Source of the DNA: Alphaproteobacteria bacterium
GTDB taxonomy: Bacteria; Pseudomonadota; Alphaproteobacteria; M2410
Length of the DNA stretch: 64,000 nt
NCBI GenBank assembly: GCA_030614785.1
Contig: JAUWTJ010000001.1
Coordinates: forward strand, 65,180-129,179
Reading direction: 5' to 3'
This document shows positions 19,182 to 29,006 of this stretch, piece by piece (the stretch's first letter is position 1; the number at the start of each line of letters is the position of its first letter). Made by a program: the position numbers and the translations under genes. The notes under the pieces are model-generated. The model did no database searches. It saw only the letters and a program-made list of their open reading frames with translations, and had not been told where the DNA came from.

Positions 19182-20147
19182 ATGGACCGCTGGCAAAGGG
19201 AGAGGAAAATGTCCGACCGCGATATCGTCGCTGAGACGAACACGAAAATCCGTACCGAATTCGTCCACGCTGGCGACCTGACCTTCGAGGTCGATATGTG
19301 TGGACCAATCGGCAATGGGGGCGACAGGCTCGCCATTTGCCTGCATGGCTTTCCAGAGCATTCCTTTTCCTGGCGTTATCAACTGCCGCTGCTTGCAAGG
19401 CTTGGCTACCGTGTCTGGGCGCCAAACCAGCGCGGCTATGGCGCCTCGTCCCGTCCAGAGGGCGTCGCCAACTATCATGTCGACAAGCTGGTGGAAGATG
19501 TCGGGCTGCTCTATGACGCCTCGGGAGCCAAAGAACTTACAATCCTGGCGCATGACTGGGGCGCCGTCATCGCCTGGGTCTTTGCCATCAAACAAACTCG
19601 GCCCCTTGCCAGGCTCATCATCATGAATGTGCCGCATCCGGCCGCAGCCGCCGCGCAGGGACGCAGCCTCGCCCAGCTGAAGAAATCCTGGTACATGTTC
19701 TTTTTCCAGATCCCGTGGCTGCCCGAAAAAATGCTCGGGCACCTTGCCGCCAGAGGCGTTGGCGATGCCATCGTCAACAGCTCCTGTGATCCCGATATGT
19801 TCCCGGATGATGTGCTTGACGTCTATCGCAACAATGCCGCCCGGCCCGGCGCGCTGACAGCGATGCTGAACTATTACCGCGCGCTCTTTCGTTTCAAGAG
19901 CCTGAAGGAATATGGCCACCCCGAAATCGCCAAAATCGAAACACCCACCCTGATGATCTGGGGTGAGGAAGATGTGGCGCTCGGCAAGGAATTAACCTTC
20001 AATACCGACAAATTTGTCAATGACCTCACACTGCGCTATCTACCGGGCGTGTCACACTGGGTGCAGCAGGAAGCACCGGACACAGTCAATGCCATGGTCG
20101 CAGCCTTCCTCACCGGCGAGGAAGTGCCTGAAGCCGGAAACCCATAA
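19182..20147 (+). CDS. Alpha/beta-fold hydrolase, epoxide-hydrolase-like (probable start at 19209, MSDRD).
   Basis: HGFPEHSFSWRYQ oxyanion/EH motif, nucleophile elbow AHDWGAVIAW, C-terminal LPGVSHWVQQEAP. Confidence 0.8.
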   Translation: MDRWQRERKMSDRDIVAETNTKIRTEFVHAGDLTFEVDMCGPIGNGGDRLAICLHGFPEHSFSWRYQLPLLARLGYRVWAPNQRGYGASSRPEGVANYHVDKLVEDVGLLYDASGAKELTILAHDWGAVIAWVFAIKQTRPLARLIIMNVPHPAAAAAQGRSLAQLKKSWYMFFFQIPWLPEKMLGHLAARGVGDAIVNSSCDPDMFPDDVLDVYRNNAARPGALTAMLNYYRALFRFKSLKEYGHPEIAKIETPTLMIWGEEDVALGKELTFNTDKFVNDLTLRYLPGVSHWVQQEAPDTVNAMVAAFLTGEEVPEAGNP

Positions 20148-20183
20148 AACGCCAGGACCCACGAATTACCGGGAGAAGTCACT

Positions 20184-20366
20184 ATGAGCGGGATTAATCG
20201 CCAAAGCGATGAAGGTGCATCGCTGCAGATCGGCCCCACAGATGAGGGCATGGTTCGCCTCTATATCGCATCCGACAAGATCGACCTGCCCATGGACTTT
20301 ACCCCTGACGAGGCGCGTGAGATCGCCGAGGAACTCATGGCGGCTGCGAATATTGCTGCCAAATAG
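20184..20366 (+). CDS. Small acidic hypothetical protein (60 aa).
   Basis: Good RBS (GGGAGAAG) 6 nt upstream of ATG; intergenic position between two + strand genes. Confidence 0.4.
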   Translation: MSGINRQSDEGASLQIGPTDEGMVRLYIASDKIDLPMDFTPDEAREIAEELMAAANIAAK

Positions 20367-20459
20367 CCAAATTTGACGAAATCTTTCAGGGCCTCCCCTT
20401 GTGAGCGCTGGATTCATTAGCTTTGGCACCAACCGGATTCTCTGCTAGTTTTAGCATGG

Positions 20460-22925
20460 ATGCCGCGCCCTGATGGTGCGAGCGGAGCCACGTGCCTGTT
20501 GAGGTGTGGGATAGTAAAAAGAGTGACAATTGAAGGCTCGGTAATAGATCGAGCGTGGCCCGCCTGGGTGTGGAGCCCGCAGGATCGCTCAATCGTCGCG
20601 GCCAATGCGAAGGCGCGCGCATTGTGGAATCTTGCGCCCACGACCTCCATCACCGGCTTCCTCTTCCCCGCAAAAGCAAAGGTCACACGCAAGCTTCACG
20701 GCGCCGCCGTTGCTCTGCTGGCTGGCGCCGACCAGGTTCAGGTCGATATCAAGCTGCCTTTCGCTCGCGAAGAAACCTGGCAATGCAGGCGGCTACGATC
20801 ACAGGACTTCACAGATGGCACACTCCTGCTGGAAGCTCCGCAATATGCCAGTACCGACAAATCGCACGTTGTCGACAAGCCGGCTGACGAGGACGCGGAC
20901 AGTCACTCAGTCTGGTCTGAAGAAGCCTTCAATGCCCTTGGTCTTCCCGTCATTATGATCGCCGCCGATGGCAAGATTATGCATCTCAATCACGAGGCCG
21001 ACAGGCTTGCCCCTTCGGATATACTGACAGATGAGACAGGTGAGTTGTGGTCGCGTCCATGGCACTTCCGGGATTTCTTTTCCTCCCACGATGACGTGGA
21101 TCACGCCCTGTCCGCCATGGCAGAAACCCACAGAACCGGCAGCGCTTCCTTTATCGCCTCGCTCATGGGTGTCCCCGGCTTTCCCGGCGGAAGGGTACAA
21201 ATCATATTGCAGCGGGTGGGTGCAGGACTGGGCCAGGCACCGCTCATGGTCACCTTTCACAAACTCGCAGAAAGTCAGCCGGACGTCGCACTACAAAAAC
21301 ACGAGAGTGTTGCCCTTGATCAAGTGCATAAGGAAATATCAAGTCTTGGTGCAATGGCCTTTGAGCTCAATGAAAAAAACCAGATCATTTTCTTTACGCC
21401 GGAATTCGCCACATGGATCGGCAAAGACCCGCAGGACATCGGCGGCAAAAAGATCGCTGATCTGAGTCTGACACCGGCAAGCGGTGCCGCCATTTTGCAA
21501 ATGGCCGGCGGCGACTGGGAAGATGGTCGTTATATGATCCGCCGATCGGACGGGACAATCAGTTCTGTAAAAGTTACATCCTTTGTCTTGCCTGCCGCAC
21601 CATCGAACAAGATCAATCGCCTGTGCATTGCAAAAATCCTTGACGGCAACGAGGCACCGGGCCAGATCGCGTCGGTCGGCGATCTCACCCGCGAACCGGA
21701 TGATATTGTTTCTCTTTTCCTTGAGGGCACTACGCCGCAGACCACCGCCGACGACAGGAACAATCTCGTGCGCCTCGATGACTGGCGTGAAGGCGAGGAA
21801 ATCGTCCTGACCGGGGGCAGCTTTCGTGCGCTCATTGAAAGTCTCGATGCAGCCCTCATTGGTCTTGATGAAGATGGCAATATCAAATTCATCAACAAGG
21901 CGGTTGAGACCCTTCTGAATCAACCGGCCTCAAAACTGGAAGGCATGCCCTTTGCATCTGCCTTCCGGGCTGCATCAGCCGCCAAACTATCCCGCTTCTT
22001 TAATAACCCGCAAGGAGCGGAACAATCGACCTTTTCAAGGAGTGTGATCCTTGAGCCGGTGAACACGGCCAGCAAGAAAGATCATCTTGTCTTGCGACTT
22101 CACACCCTCAGGGAAAAATCTCCAGTCCGATATTGCGCCTTTCTCAAGCCCCGGCATCAAAAATCCGATACTCCGATTTCAGGCGTGCCCGGCGCCGCGC
22201 CTTCAACCAAACGCCGAGCCGATTTCGTCGCGCAGATCAGTCATGAGATCCGCACGCCCCTCAACGCTATTCTCGGGTTCTCAGATCTCATGCTCTCTGA
22301 AGGAATGGGTCCCATAGGCAATGAGAAATACAAGGAGTATATGCAAGATATCCACGACAGTGGGGAATTGATCTTGAATCTCATCAACGACATCCTTGAC
22401 CTTGCCAAGGTTGATGCGGGTGGGATTTCAGTTGAGATGAAGGGCTGCAATCTTGAAACCCGCATCCGTCAAGCGGTTTCCATGACTTCAGCCCAGGCAC
22501 AAGCCAAAGCCGTTACAGTGTCCGTTCAGGTTGCCGATCCCTTACCCATTATTTTTGCCGACGAGCGATCAGTCATGCAAATTCTGCTCAACCTCCTGGG
22601 CAATGCCATCAAATTCACCGGCAAAGGTGGCGAGGTGCGGGTCACAGCACAGCCAGGCGGTAAGGATCACGTCAGTCTCGTTGTCGAAGACTCCGGCGTC
22701 GGCATGACAAAGGAAGACCTGAAACGTGCCCTCAAGCCCTTCCAGCAGGTTGATACCGCCGCGATGATTGAGACCAGTCGCGGTGACAAGGGTACCGGAC
22801 TGGGTTTGCCCATTACCAAGTCGCTTGCGGAAGCAAACAATGCCGTGTTCCACATTGAAAGTGAGCGCAACAAGGGCACGCGCATCGAGGTCCTGTTCAA
22901 TCGGGCCCGCGCGGCCGCAGAATAG
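20460..22925 (+). CDS. Soluble multi-PAS sensor histidine kinase.
   Basis: H-box FVAQISHEIRTPLNAILGFSDLM; N/G boxes LLNLLGNAIKFT, EDSGVGM, GTGLGLPITKSLAE; no TM segments, no receiver. Confidence 0.85.
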   Translation: MPRPDGASGATCLLRCGIVKRVTIEGSVIDRAWPAWVWSPQDRSIVAANAKARALWNLAPTTSITGFLFPAKAKVTRKLHGAAVALLAGADQVQVDIKLPFAREETWQCRRLRSQDFTDGTLLLEAPQYASTDKSHVVDKPADEDADSHSVWSEEAFNALGLPVIMIAADGKIMHLNHEADRLAPSDILTDETGELWSRPWHFRDFFSSHDDVDHALSAMAETHRTGSASFIASLMGVPGFPGGRVQIILQRVGAGLGQAPLMVTFHKLAESQPDVALQKHESVALDQVHKEISSLGAMAFELNEKNQIIFFTPEFATWIGKDPQDIGGKKIADLSLTPASGAAILQMAGGDWEDGRYMIRRSDGTISSVKVTSFVLPAAPSNKINRLCIAKILDGNEAPGQIASVGDLTREPDDIVSLFLEGTTPQTTADDRNNLVRLDDWREGEEIVLTGGSFRALIESLDAALIGLDEDGNIKFINKAVETLLNQPASKLEGMPFASAFRAASAAKLSRFFNNPQGAEQSTFSRSVILEPVNTASKKDHLVLRLHTLREKSPVRYCAFLKPRHQKSDTPISGVPGAAPSTKRRADFVAQISHEIRTPLNAILGFSDLMLSEGMGPIGNEKYKEYMQDIHDSGELILNLINDILDLAKVDAGGISVEMKGCNLETRIRQAVSMTSAQAQAKAVTVSVQVADPLPIIFADERSVMQILLNLLGNAIKFTGKGGEVRVTAQPGGKDHVSLVVEDSGVGMTKEDLKRALKPFQQVDTAAMIETSRGDKGTGLGLPITKSLAEANNAVFHIESERNKGTRIEVLFNRARAAAE

Positions 22926-23049
22926 CCGATCGCATTTCCCCTCGGTAATTGCCTCAAATACGCCCGTATTTGCAGGTAGTCGGGTATTGAATTTGTTGTA
23001 GAATCAAGCTTCGAACGACTCGCTTCCAACGCTTTCAGGAGGAAATGTC

Positions 23050-25035
23050 ATGGCCAAAGCCCTGAAATATTTCATTGACGCCCTTGTACTCCTTGTAGTG
23101 CTGGCACTCGCGATGCCACTGTTCATTCCCGCAGACGCCTACAAGGATCAGATCGTCGCCGCTGTCGAGCGTTCAACAGGACGCACATTGACCATCAATG
23201 GTGATCTGGATTTGCGGTTCAGGCCCGGGCTCGAATTTTCGATCCAGGACGCTACCCTTTCGAATGCCCCGGGGGCAACCGCCCCCCTTATGGCGCAAAT
23301 GGATAGCATGACGATCGGCGTCGACTGGCGCGCACTCTTTTCACGTAAGATCACCATCACCAAATTCATCCTCGAAGATCCGGTCATCTCTCTGGAGATC
23401 ATGAAAAACGGTAAAGCCAACTGGGAGTTTATGCCGGATGCTCAACCTGCCGCACAAGAGGATGGCGAGGCAAATGACACCGGCAGCGATACAGTAACCG
23501 GAAGCCTTGATGCCCTTTCATTTGGAGATCTGCAAATTGTCAACGGACAGCTTACCTGGCGCAATCATCTGGCCGGGCAAACCTATGAAATATCAAACGT
23601 CAATCTGAAAATCGAACTTCCCGATCTGAAAGGCCCTGTGAAAATAGCGGGCGACCTCATTTACAATAGCGAGAATTTTGACTTTGATCTGGCTCTCGGA
23701 TCTCTCGAAGCCATTACATCCGGTGCACAGACCACCTTTGGGCTCGATCTGAAGTCGCAGCTGATAAAGGCCAAACTTGATGGCACCCTGACCGGTGGTC
23801 AGGACACTACAATCAAATCACATGCGCGAGTTGATGTGCCTTCAGTGCGCAAACTCGCAGCCTGGACCGGCACGCCCATAGCCTCGGAAAAGGGCTTTGG
23901 CCCCTTCACTGTAGAGGGGGACCTGAATGCGGCAGGACCGATCTACTCTTTTACCGAGGCAAAAGTGACGTTCGACGACATGAAGGCCGACGGGACCCTC
24001 AAATTCAACACGGCCAACACAAAACCTGTCGTATCCGGCACATTGACCGTCGACAAGATCGACCTGCGCCCCTACATGACAGAGACCGAAGCGACGGATG
24101 AAGACAGCGGTGATAAGGAAGAGCTGAAGTGGGATGACACCCCGATTGATGCTTCAGGCCTCAGGGCCCTGGACGTTGACTTTACCCTCAAGGCGAACGC
24201 TTTTTACTTTCAGGGTTATGAAATCGGCAATACTGAACTGTCAATCCGTGTACACAACAATATGCTGACGGCAACGCTGGATAAAATGGACCTCTACAAG
24301 GGAACAGGGAAGGGCACCGTTACATTTAATGTGAACGAGCCAGCCGCCAGAGTCGACGCCAATTTCACGTTTGTCGGTATTCAAGCGGGGTCCCTTGTGC
24401 AAGCTGCCGCCGACCGCGACGTTGTCGAGGGCATCGGGGACTTCAAATTCGCTATCAAAACAGGCGGAAAATCACAGAACGAAATGATGCACGGGCTTTC
24501 CGGCAACGGCGCTCTTACTCTGCGAGATGGCAAACTCAAAGGGGTCAACCTGAACCGTATGCTCCAGGTCATCAGTGCCTTCACGCCTGACCAGGCGGCC
24601 GACGCGACGGCCACTCAGGAAGGTGAAACACAAACTGCCGCCCAAATCGGTTCTGGCAAGTCCACTGATTTTGTCGAAATGGGTGGAACCTTTATCATCA
24701 CAGGCGGCGTCCTCCGCACAAAGGATTTCGCCTTGATCAATGATGCGCTTTCCCTCAGCGGCCAGGGACAGGTCGGCATCGGCAAGCAGACCATCAATAT
24801 GAAGCTCGCGCCCGGCCGCCGCGCCGATGACGGCGGCACGCGCTTGAAAATGAAGGTTCACGGCCCGTGGAACGACATCCACTACGGGCCTGATTTTGAA
24901 GACGTCATCAAGGGCGGCCTGCGCGACATTCTATCGGGCGACCGCAAGAAAGAAGATGGCCAGGCAGACAAGGATATAGGCGGCGAGATCGTCGACCAGC
25001 TGCTGGATTCCATTTTTGGTCCCAAAGGCAATTAG
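23050..25035 (+). CDS. AsmA-family outer-membrane assembly protein.
   Basis: N-terminal signal-anchor followed by an AsmA-like N-terminus (DAYKDQIVAAVERSTGRTLTINGDLDLRF...) and a long beta-rich repeat body. Confidence 0.75.
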   Translation: MAKALKYFIDALVLLVVLALAMPLFIPADAYKDQIVAAVERSTGRTLTINGDLDLRFRPGLEFSIQDATLSNAPGATAPLMAQMDSMTIGVDWRALFSRKITITKFILEDPVISLEIMKNGKANWEFMPDAQPAAQEDGEANDTGSDTVTGSLDALSFGDLQIVNGQLTWRNHLAGQTYEISNVNLKIELPDLKGPVKIAGDLIYNSENFDFDLALGSLEAITSGAQTTFGLDLKSQLIKAKLDGTLTGGQDTTIKSHARVDVPSVRKLAAWTGTPIASEKGFGPFTVEGDLNAAGPIYSFTEAKVTFDDMKADGTLKFNTANTKPVVSGTLTVDKIDLRPYMTETEATDEDSGDKEELKWDDTPIDASGLRALDVDFTLKANAFYFQGYEIGNTELSIRVHNNMLTATLDKMDLYKGTGKGTVTFNVNEPAARVDANFTFVGIQAGSLVQAAADRDVVEGIGDFKFAIKTGGKSQNEMMHGLSGNGALTLRDGKLKGVNLNRMLQVISAFTPDQAADATATQEGETQTAAQIGSGKSTDFVEMGGTFIITGGVLRTKDFALINDALSLSGQGQVGIGKQTINMKLAPGRRADDGGTRLKMKVHGPWNDIHYGPDFEDVIKGGLRDILSGDRKKEDGQADKDIGGEIVDQLLDSIFGPKGN

Positions 25036-25147
25036 TCAAACGACACAACTTATTGATATTAAAAAGTAAATCACACCACTTTGCACATTAACCCTAACTC
25101 GGCGACAATGGGAACGGGTAAGGAGAGTTTCATCTGGAACTCTGAAA

Positions 25148-27016
25148 GTGGCGAGATCAATGAAAAACCCCGGAGGACAGCGAAGCTGTCTTAAATGGAC
25201 TGTCGAGAGTTGCGTGGCAGGCGTGGTGATGGCCACGTTGCTGTCGCCAGTGCCGTCACGGGCGAATATCTCCATTGTTTCCGAAATCGAGACGCTTGCC
25301 AGTAATCGATCCAGTAATCAGGCCAGTGATCAAATCGACAATTTGCGATTTATTGACAGAACGCTCCTGACTGAAAAAATTCCGGCTATTGAAACTGCAC
25401 CCTCGACGCGCCTTTCCCTTGAACGTGCCGACCTGGAGGCCTGGGCAAGAGACACCATTGGCGTGGCAGAGGCCCGAGGGCGGCTTACAGGTGCGGGCGT
25501 AGCAGTCTTTCGGCCCGAAGGTTCTGTCATTGTAAAAGGTTTTGGTTACGGCGATTTCGAAAAACGCGACCCGGTTCATCCGAGTGTCACTTATCTGCCT
25601 GCTGCACAGCTAGGAGACCTTCTCGTCGCCGAGTTACTTGTCGAACTCGAAGCGACAGGACGTCTGAATCTGGGTGACAGAGCCAGCAACTACCTGACAC
25701 GGATCGCTCTTCCGCCAGCATACCGCCATCTCACTATCCGCGATCTCTTTGGCTCAGAAACCGGCCTCACAACTTCCATACGCGGCACACACCTGGCGCC
25801 AGGCCAAACCGAACCAGAGGCGCTCGGCCACATCAAATCAATGTTGAATGAAAGTGCGCCTGAACGACAGAACGGCGCCCCGTCCTCGCCTCTGGCTTCC
25901 GCTCTCGCTTCGCTCATAGTAGAAGACGTAAGCGGTCAGAAGATCGAAAAAACTCTGAGCCAGCGGCTCGCCGACAAATGGGGTGCGACGGCCTGGTTCA
26001 ACACCGCCGGATCGCGGCAACCAGGGTACACATCACAGCATCACCGGATTTCACGATTTGGCGAGACAGAGCGCATGGAACTTTATGCGACATCGCCCGG
26101 ATTTGTGGCCTCTCAGGGAATTTATCTGACCCTGAACGACATAACGCGAATTTTAGCGAGTCAACTCAAAGGTCTCGAAGAAAAATCCCCTTTGACCGAA
26201 CGGGTCGTTGCTCTCACCTTTGCGCAGAAGACGGTTGACGGCACCGCAGAAGGCGAACTCGATAACATCGAAATACTGCAACTGCAGGGGAGTGTGAACG
26301 CCAGCTCAGTTCACATTGTACTTGTTCCGGACCTTGAGATTGGCCTCGTCGCCGTGGTCAACTCTGCACCGCGAACAGTCGATCTTGCACCAGGCAGAGG
26401 CAAGGAAAAAATTCTCCCGCCTTTGAGTGCAAGCGATATCGTCGAAAATTTTCTTCAGACCTTTATCCCATCACACAAAACGACTTTGGCTCTACCTTCA
26501 GAGATGGACCGCCCCTTCGAGGATGTCTATACGCAGACCTCGCGCGCGCTCATTGGCTCTGACACAGTGTTGAAAATTTTCTCCCCGCTGAGCAAGAAGT
26601 CCTCTGTCAACGGATTGATGGTACTATTTCTGTTATCTTCTGTCCTGCAGTTCGCCCTGCTGGCATCGGCGCGCTGGCCGACCGTGACGGGCGGGCAAAG
26701 AGCGGCCAAGTGGCTCGGCATGGCATCAGTCGTCACCATGACCGCCGCCCTGACCTTACCGGTTGTGCTTCTCGTCATAGGGCACAGCAGAACGCTGATT
26801 GATCCCCTTTATCTGATTTCAAGGTGGGCCTTTCCGATTGCCGGCCTGATGGCCACCGTGACCCTGATGACCTGCCTCATCGGCTGGAAACAGAGCTTCT
26901 GGGGCGATGAAGGTGACGGATTCAAGAGACGCTTGTGCTTCACGGCTGGTTCCCTGGGTGTTTTCGGCCTCGCTGTTGTCTCCTGGCAACTTGACCTGAT
27001 CGCTCCGGTTTTCTAA
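25148..27016 (+). CDS. Serine-hydrolase/beta-lactamase-like domain protein with a C-terminal multi-TM region.
   Basis: Signal peptide; beta-lactamase-fold-like N-domain; hydrophobic C-terminal 150 aa (4 predicted TM). Confidence 0.5.
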   Translation: MARSMKNPGGQRSCLKWTVESCVAGVVMATLLSPVPSRANISIVSEIETLASNRSSNQASDQIDNLRFIDRTLLTEKIPAIETAPSTRLSLERADLEAWARDTIGVAEARGRLTGAGVAVFRPEGSVIVKGFGYGDFEKRDPVHPSVTYLPAAQLGDLLVAELLVELEATGRLNLGDRASNYLTRIALPPAYRHLTIRDLFGSETGLTTSIRGTHLAPGQTEPEALGHIKSMLNESAPERQNGAPSSPLASALASLIVEDVSGQKIEKTLSQRLADKWGATAWFNTAGSRQPGYTSQHHRISRFGETERMELYATSPGFVASQGIYLTLNDITRILASQLKGLEEKSPLTERVVALTFAQKTVDGTAEGELDNIEILQLQGSVNASSVHIVLVPDLEIGLVAVVNSAPRTVDLAPGRGKEKILPPLSASDIVENFLQTFIPSHKTTLALPSEMDRPFEDVYTQTSRALIGSDTVLKIFSPLSKKSSVNGLMVLFLLSSVLQFALLASARWPTVTGGQRAAKWLGMASVVTMTAALTLPVVLLVIGHSRTLIDPLYLISRWAFPIAGLMATVTLMTCLIGWKQSFWGDEGDGFKRRLCFTAGSLGVFGLAVVSWQLDLIAPVF

Positions 27017-27085
27017 ACCATACAGCTATCCCGCCCAAAGTCCTGGCCACTGCATAGCCTCGGGAGCGCCCTGAAAAGGAAAATC

Positions 27086-28876
27086 ATGAGACACTTTCTT
27101 ACCCTACTGATTGGAACACTCTTCATGTCTGCACTATCACCGGCGTCGCCACCGGCAAATGCCGATGACACCTCTCCCCGACAAGGCGGCGACCGCGACG
27201 GCGCGTTCTTTTCGTCTCGCTCCCCCGTCCTCGCCATGAACGGGGCCGCAGCAACCAGGCACCCACTTGCCTCCCAGGTTGCTATAGACATTCTCAAACA
27301 AGGTGGCAGCGCCATCGATGCTGCTATTGCGGCAAATTCGACGCTCGGCCTCATGACACCGGTGGTCAACGGTATCGGCGGCGACATCTTCGTCATCGTA
27401 TGGGACCCGAAAACCGAAAAGCTCTATGGCTACAACGGCTCGGGCCGCGCGCCGATGGGCCGCAGCATGGCGCAGATGCAGGAAAAGGTCGGCGACCATA
27501 CCGAGGACGGCTTTCGCACTGTCCCCGCCTACGGCTCTCTGCCTGTCACTGTGCCAGGTGCCGTTGACGGCTGGTTTGCCCTCCACGAGCGATTTGGCAA
27601 ACTGAAGATGAAAAAGGTTCTCGCACCGGCGATCCGTTACGCCGAAGAAGGATTTCCGGTGACGCAGGGTATTGCGCCAGGCTGGGGCCGCTCGATGGCC
27701 AACTTCACCTCCGGTGAAGCCCCATTCCTCGAGGAATACGAAAATGCCCGGGCAACCTATATGCCAGGCGGCAAGGCCCCCGGCATTGGTGATGTGTTTA
27801 AAAATCCGGACCTTGCCAACACCTATCGCATCCTCGCAAAAAAGGGCCGCAAAGCCTATTATGAAGGCGAGATCGCCAGAACCATCGATACCTATATGAA
27901 GCGTATCGGCGGTGATCTGCGCTATGAAGATCTTGCTGCCCACAAGGGCGAATGGGTCGAACCGGTCAGCGTCAACTATCGCGGCTATGACGTCTACGAA
28001 TTGCCGCCTAACACGCAAGGTATTGCCGCCCTTCAAATGCTGAACACTCTCGAGGCCTACGACCTGGCATCTATGGGTCACAACAGCGCCGAGGCGCTCC
28101 ATTTAATGGTCGAGGCCAAGCGCCTCGCCTTTGAAGACCGGGCAAAGTTCTACTCCGACCAGGCGTTCGCAGATGTTCCTGTAAAAAGTCTGATTTCAAA
28201 ACCCTATGCCGATACACGGCGCGCGCTTATCGACCCGAAGAAGGCCATGACGGAAGTAACGGCCGGGGATCCGCAAGCCATCGAAAACGGCGACACGATC
28301 TACCTCACCGTTGCGGACAAGGATGGCATGATGGTCTCACTCATTCAGTCGAACTATCGCGGCATGGGCTCGGGTCTTGTTGCCGACGGTCTCGGCTTCA
28401 TGTTCCAGGACAGGGGGCAACTCTTTTCGCTGGATGAAGATCACGCCAATGCCTACGCGCCGGGCAAACGCCCCTTCCACACCATTATCCCAGCCTTCGT
28501 GATGAAAGACGGCAAACCTCTCATGAGTTTCGGTGTTATGGGCGGGGCCATGCAGCCGCAGGGGCACATCCAGGTTCTCGTCAATCTGCTCGACTTTGGC
28601 ATGAACGTGCAGGAGGCTGGCGATGCCGCCCGCTTCCGCCATTCCGGATCAACCCAGCCTACCGGCGAGCAGCGCAAGGGAGTCGGCACGGTGAGCGTTG
28701 AAGCCGGTGTTCCCAAAGCGGTTCGTGAGGCGCTCATTGCTATGGGCCACAACGTTGAGGTCGATACGCGCGCTTCGGGCTATGGGGCCTACCATGCCAT
28801 TTTCAGGGACCCCGTAACCGGCGTTTACCATGCCGCATCAGAAATGCGTGCGGACGGCCAGGCAATCGGCTATTAG
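27086..28876 (+). CDS. ggt: Gamma-glutamyltransferase family protein.
   Basis: Signal peptide; LKQGGSAIDAAIAANSTLGLMTPVVNGIGGD; autoprocessing-site region GDTIYLTVADKDGMMVSLIQS...GSG; C-terminal GGAMQPQG. Confidence 0.85.
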   Translation: MRHFLTLLIGTLFMSALSPASPPANADDTSPRQGGDRDGAFFSSRSPVLAMNGAAATRHPLASQVAIDILKQGGSAIDAAIAANSTLGLMTPVVNGIGGDIFVIVWDPKTEKLYGYNGSGRAPMGRSMAQMQEKVGDHTEDGFRTVPAYGSLPVTVPGAVDGWFALHERFGKLKMKKVLAPAIRYAEEGFPVTQGIAPGWGRSMANFTSGEAPFLEEYENARATYMPGGKAPGIGDVFKNPDLANTYRILAKKGRKAYYEGEIARTIDTYMKRIGGDLRYEDLAAHKGEWVEPVSVNYRGYDVYELPPNTQGIAALQMLNTLEAYDLASMGHNSAEALHLMVEAKRLAFEDRAKFYSDQAFADVPVKSLISKPYADTRRALIDPKKAMTEVTAGDPQAIENGDTIYLTVADKDGMMVSLIQSNYRGMGSGLVADGLGFMFQDRGQLFSLDEDHANAYAPGKRPFHTIIPAFVMKDGKPLMSFGVMGGAMQPQGHIQVLVNLLDFGMNVQEAGDAARFRHSGSTQPTGEQRKGVGTVSVEAGVPKAVREALIAMGHNVEVDTRASGYGAYHAIFRDPVTGVYHAASEMRADGQAIGY

Positions 28877-28947
28877 AAGGCCCGGAAATCGCTCCACCAG
28901 CGGACAGGGCCTTTCGGCACCATCCTTGCTGATTGGAACATCAACCA

Positions 28948-28990
28948 GGGCCGCTGATCGGATCAGCGGCCCAACAATGACCCTTTTTGT
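28948..28990 (+). terminator. GC-rich perfect hairpin (12-bp arms GGGCCGCTGATC/GATCAGCGGCCC) followed by a T-rich tract downstream of ggt.
   Basis: Seen directly; the T run (CCCTTTTTGTTTC) lies ~8 nt after the stem. Confidence 0.4.
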
Positions 28991-29006
28991 TTCATAGAGG
29001 CACAGA

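Noticed and set aside
19092-19919. 275-aa minus-strand ORF antisense to the alpha/beta hydrolase gene
   Set aside because: Typical high-GC shadow ORF: Arg/Gly/Pro-rich with no motifs, while the + strand gene has clear hydrolase motifs.
27137-28102. 321-aa minus-strand ORF inside ggt
   Set aside because: Antisense to a clearly conserved GGT gene; no motifs.
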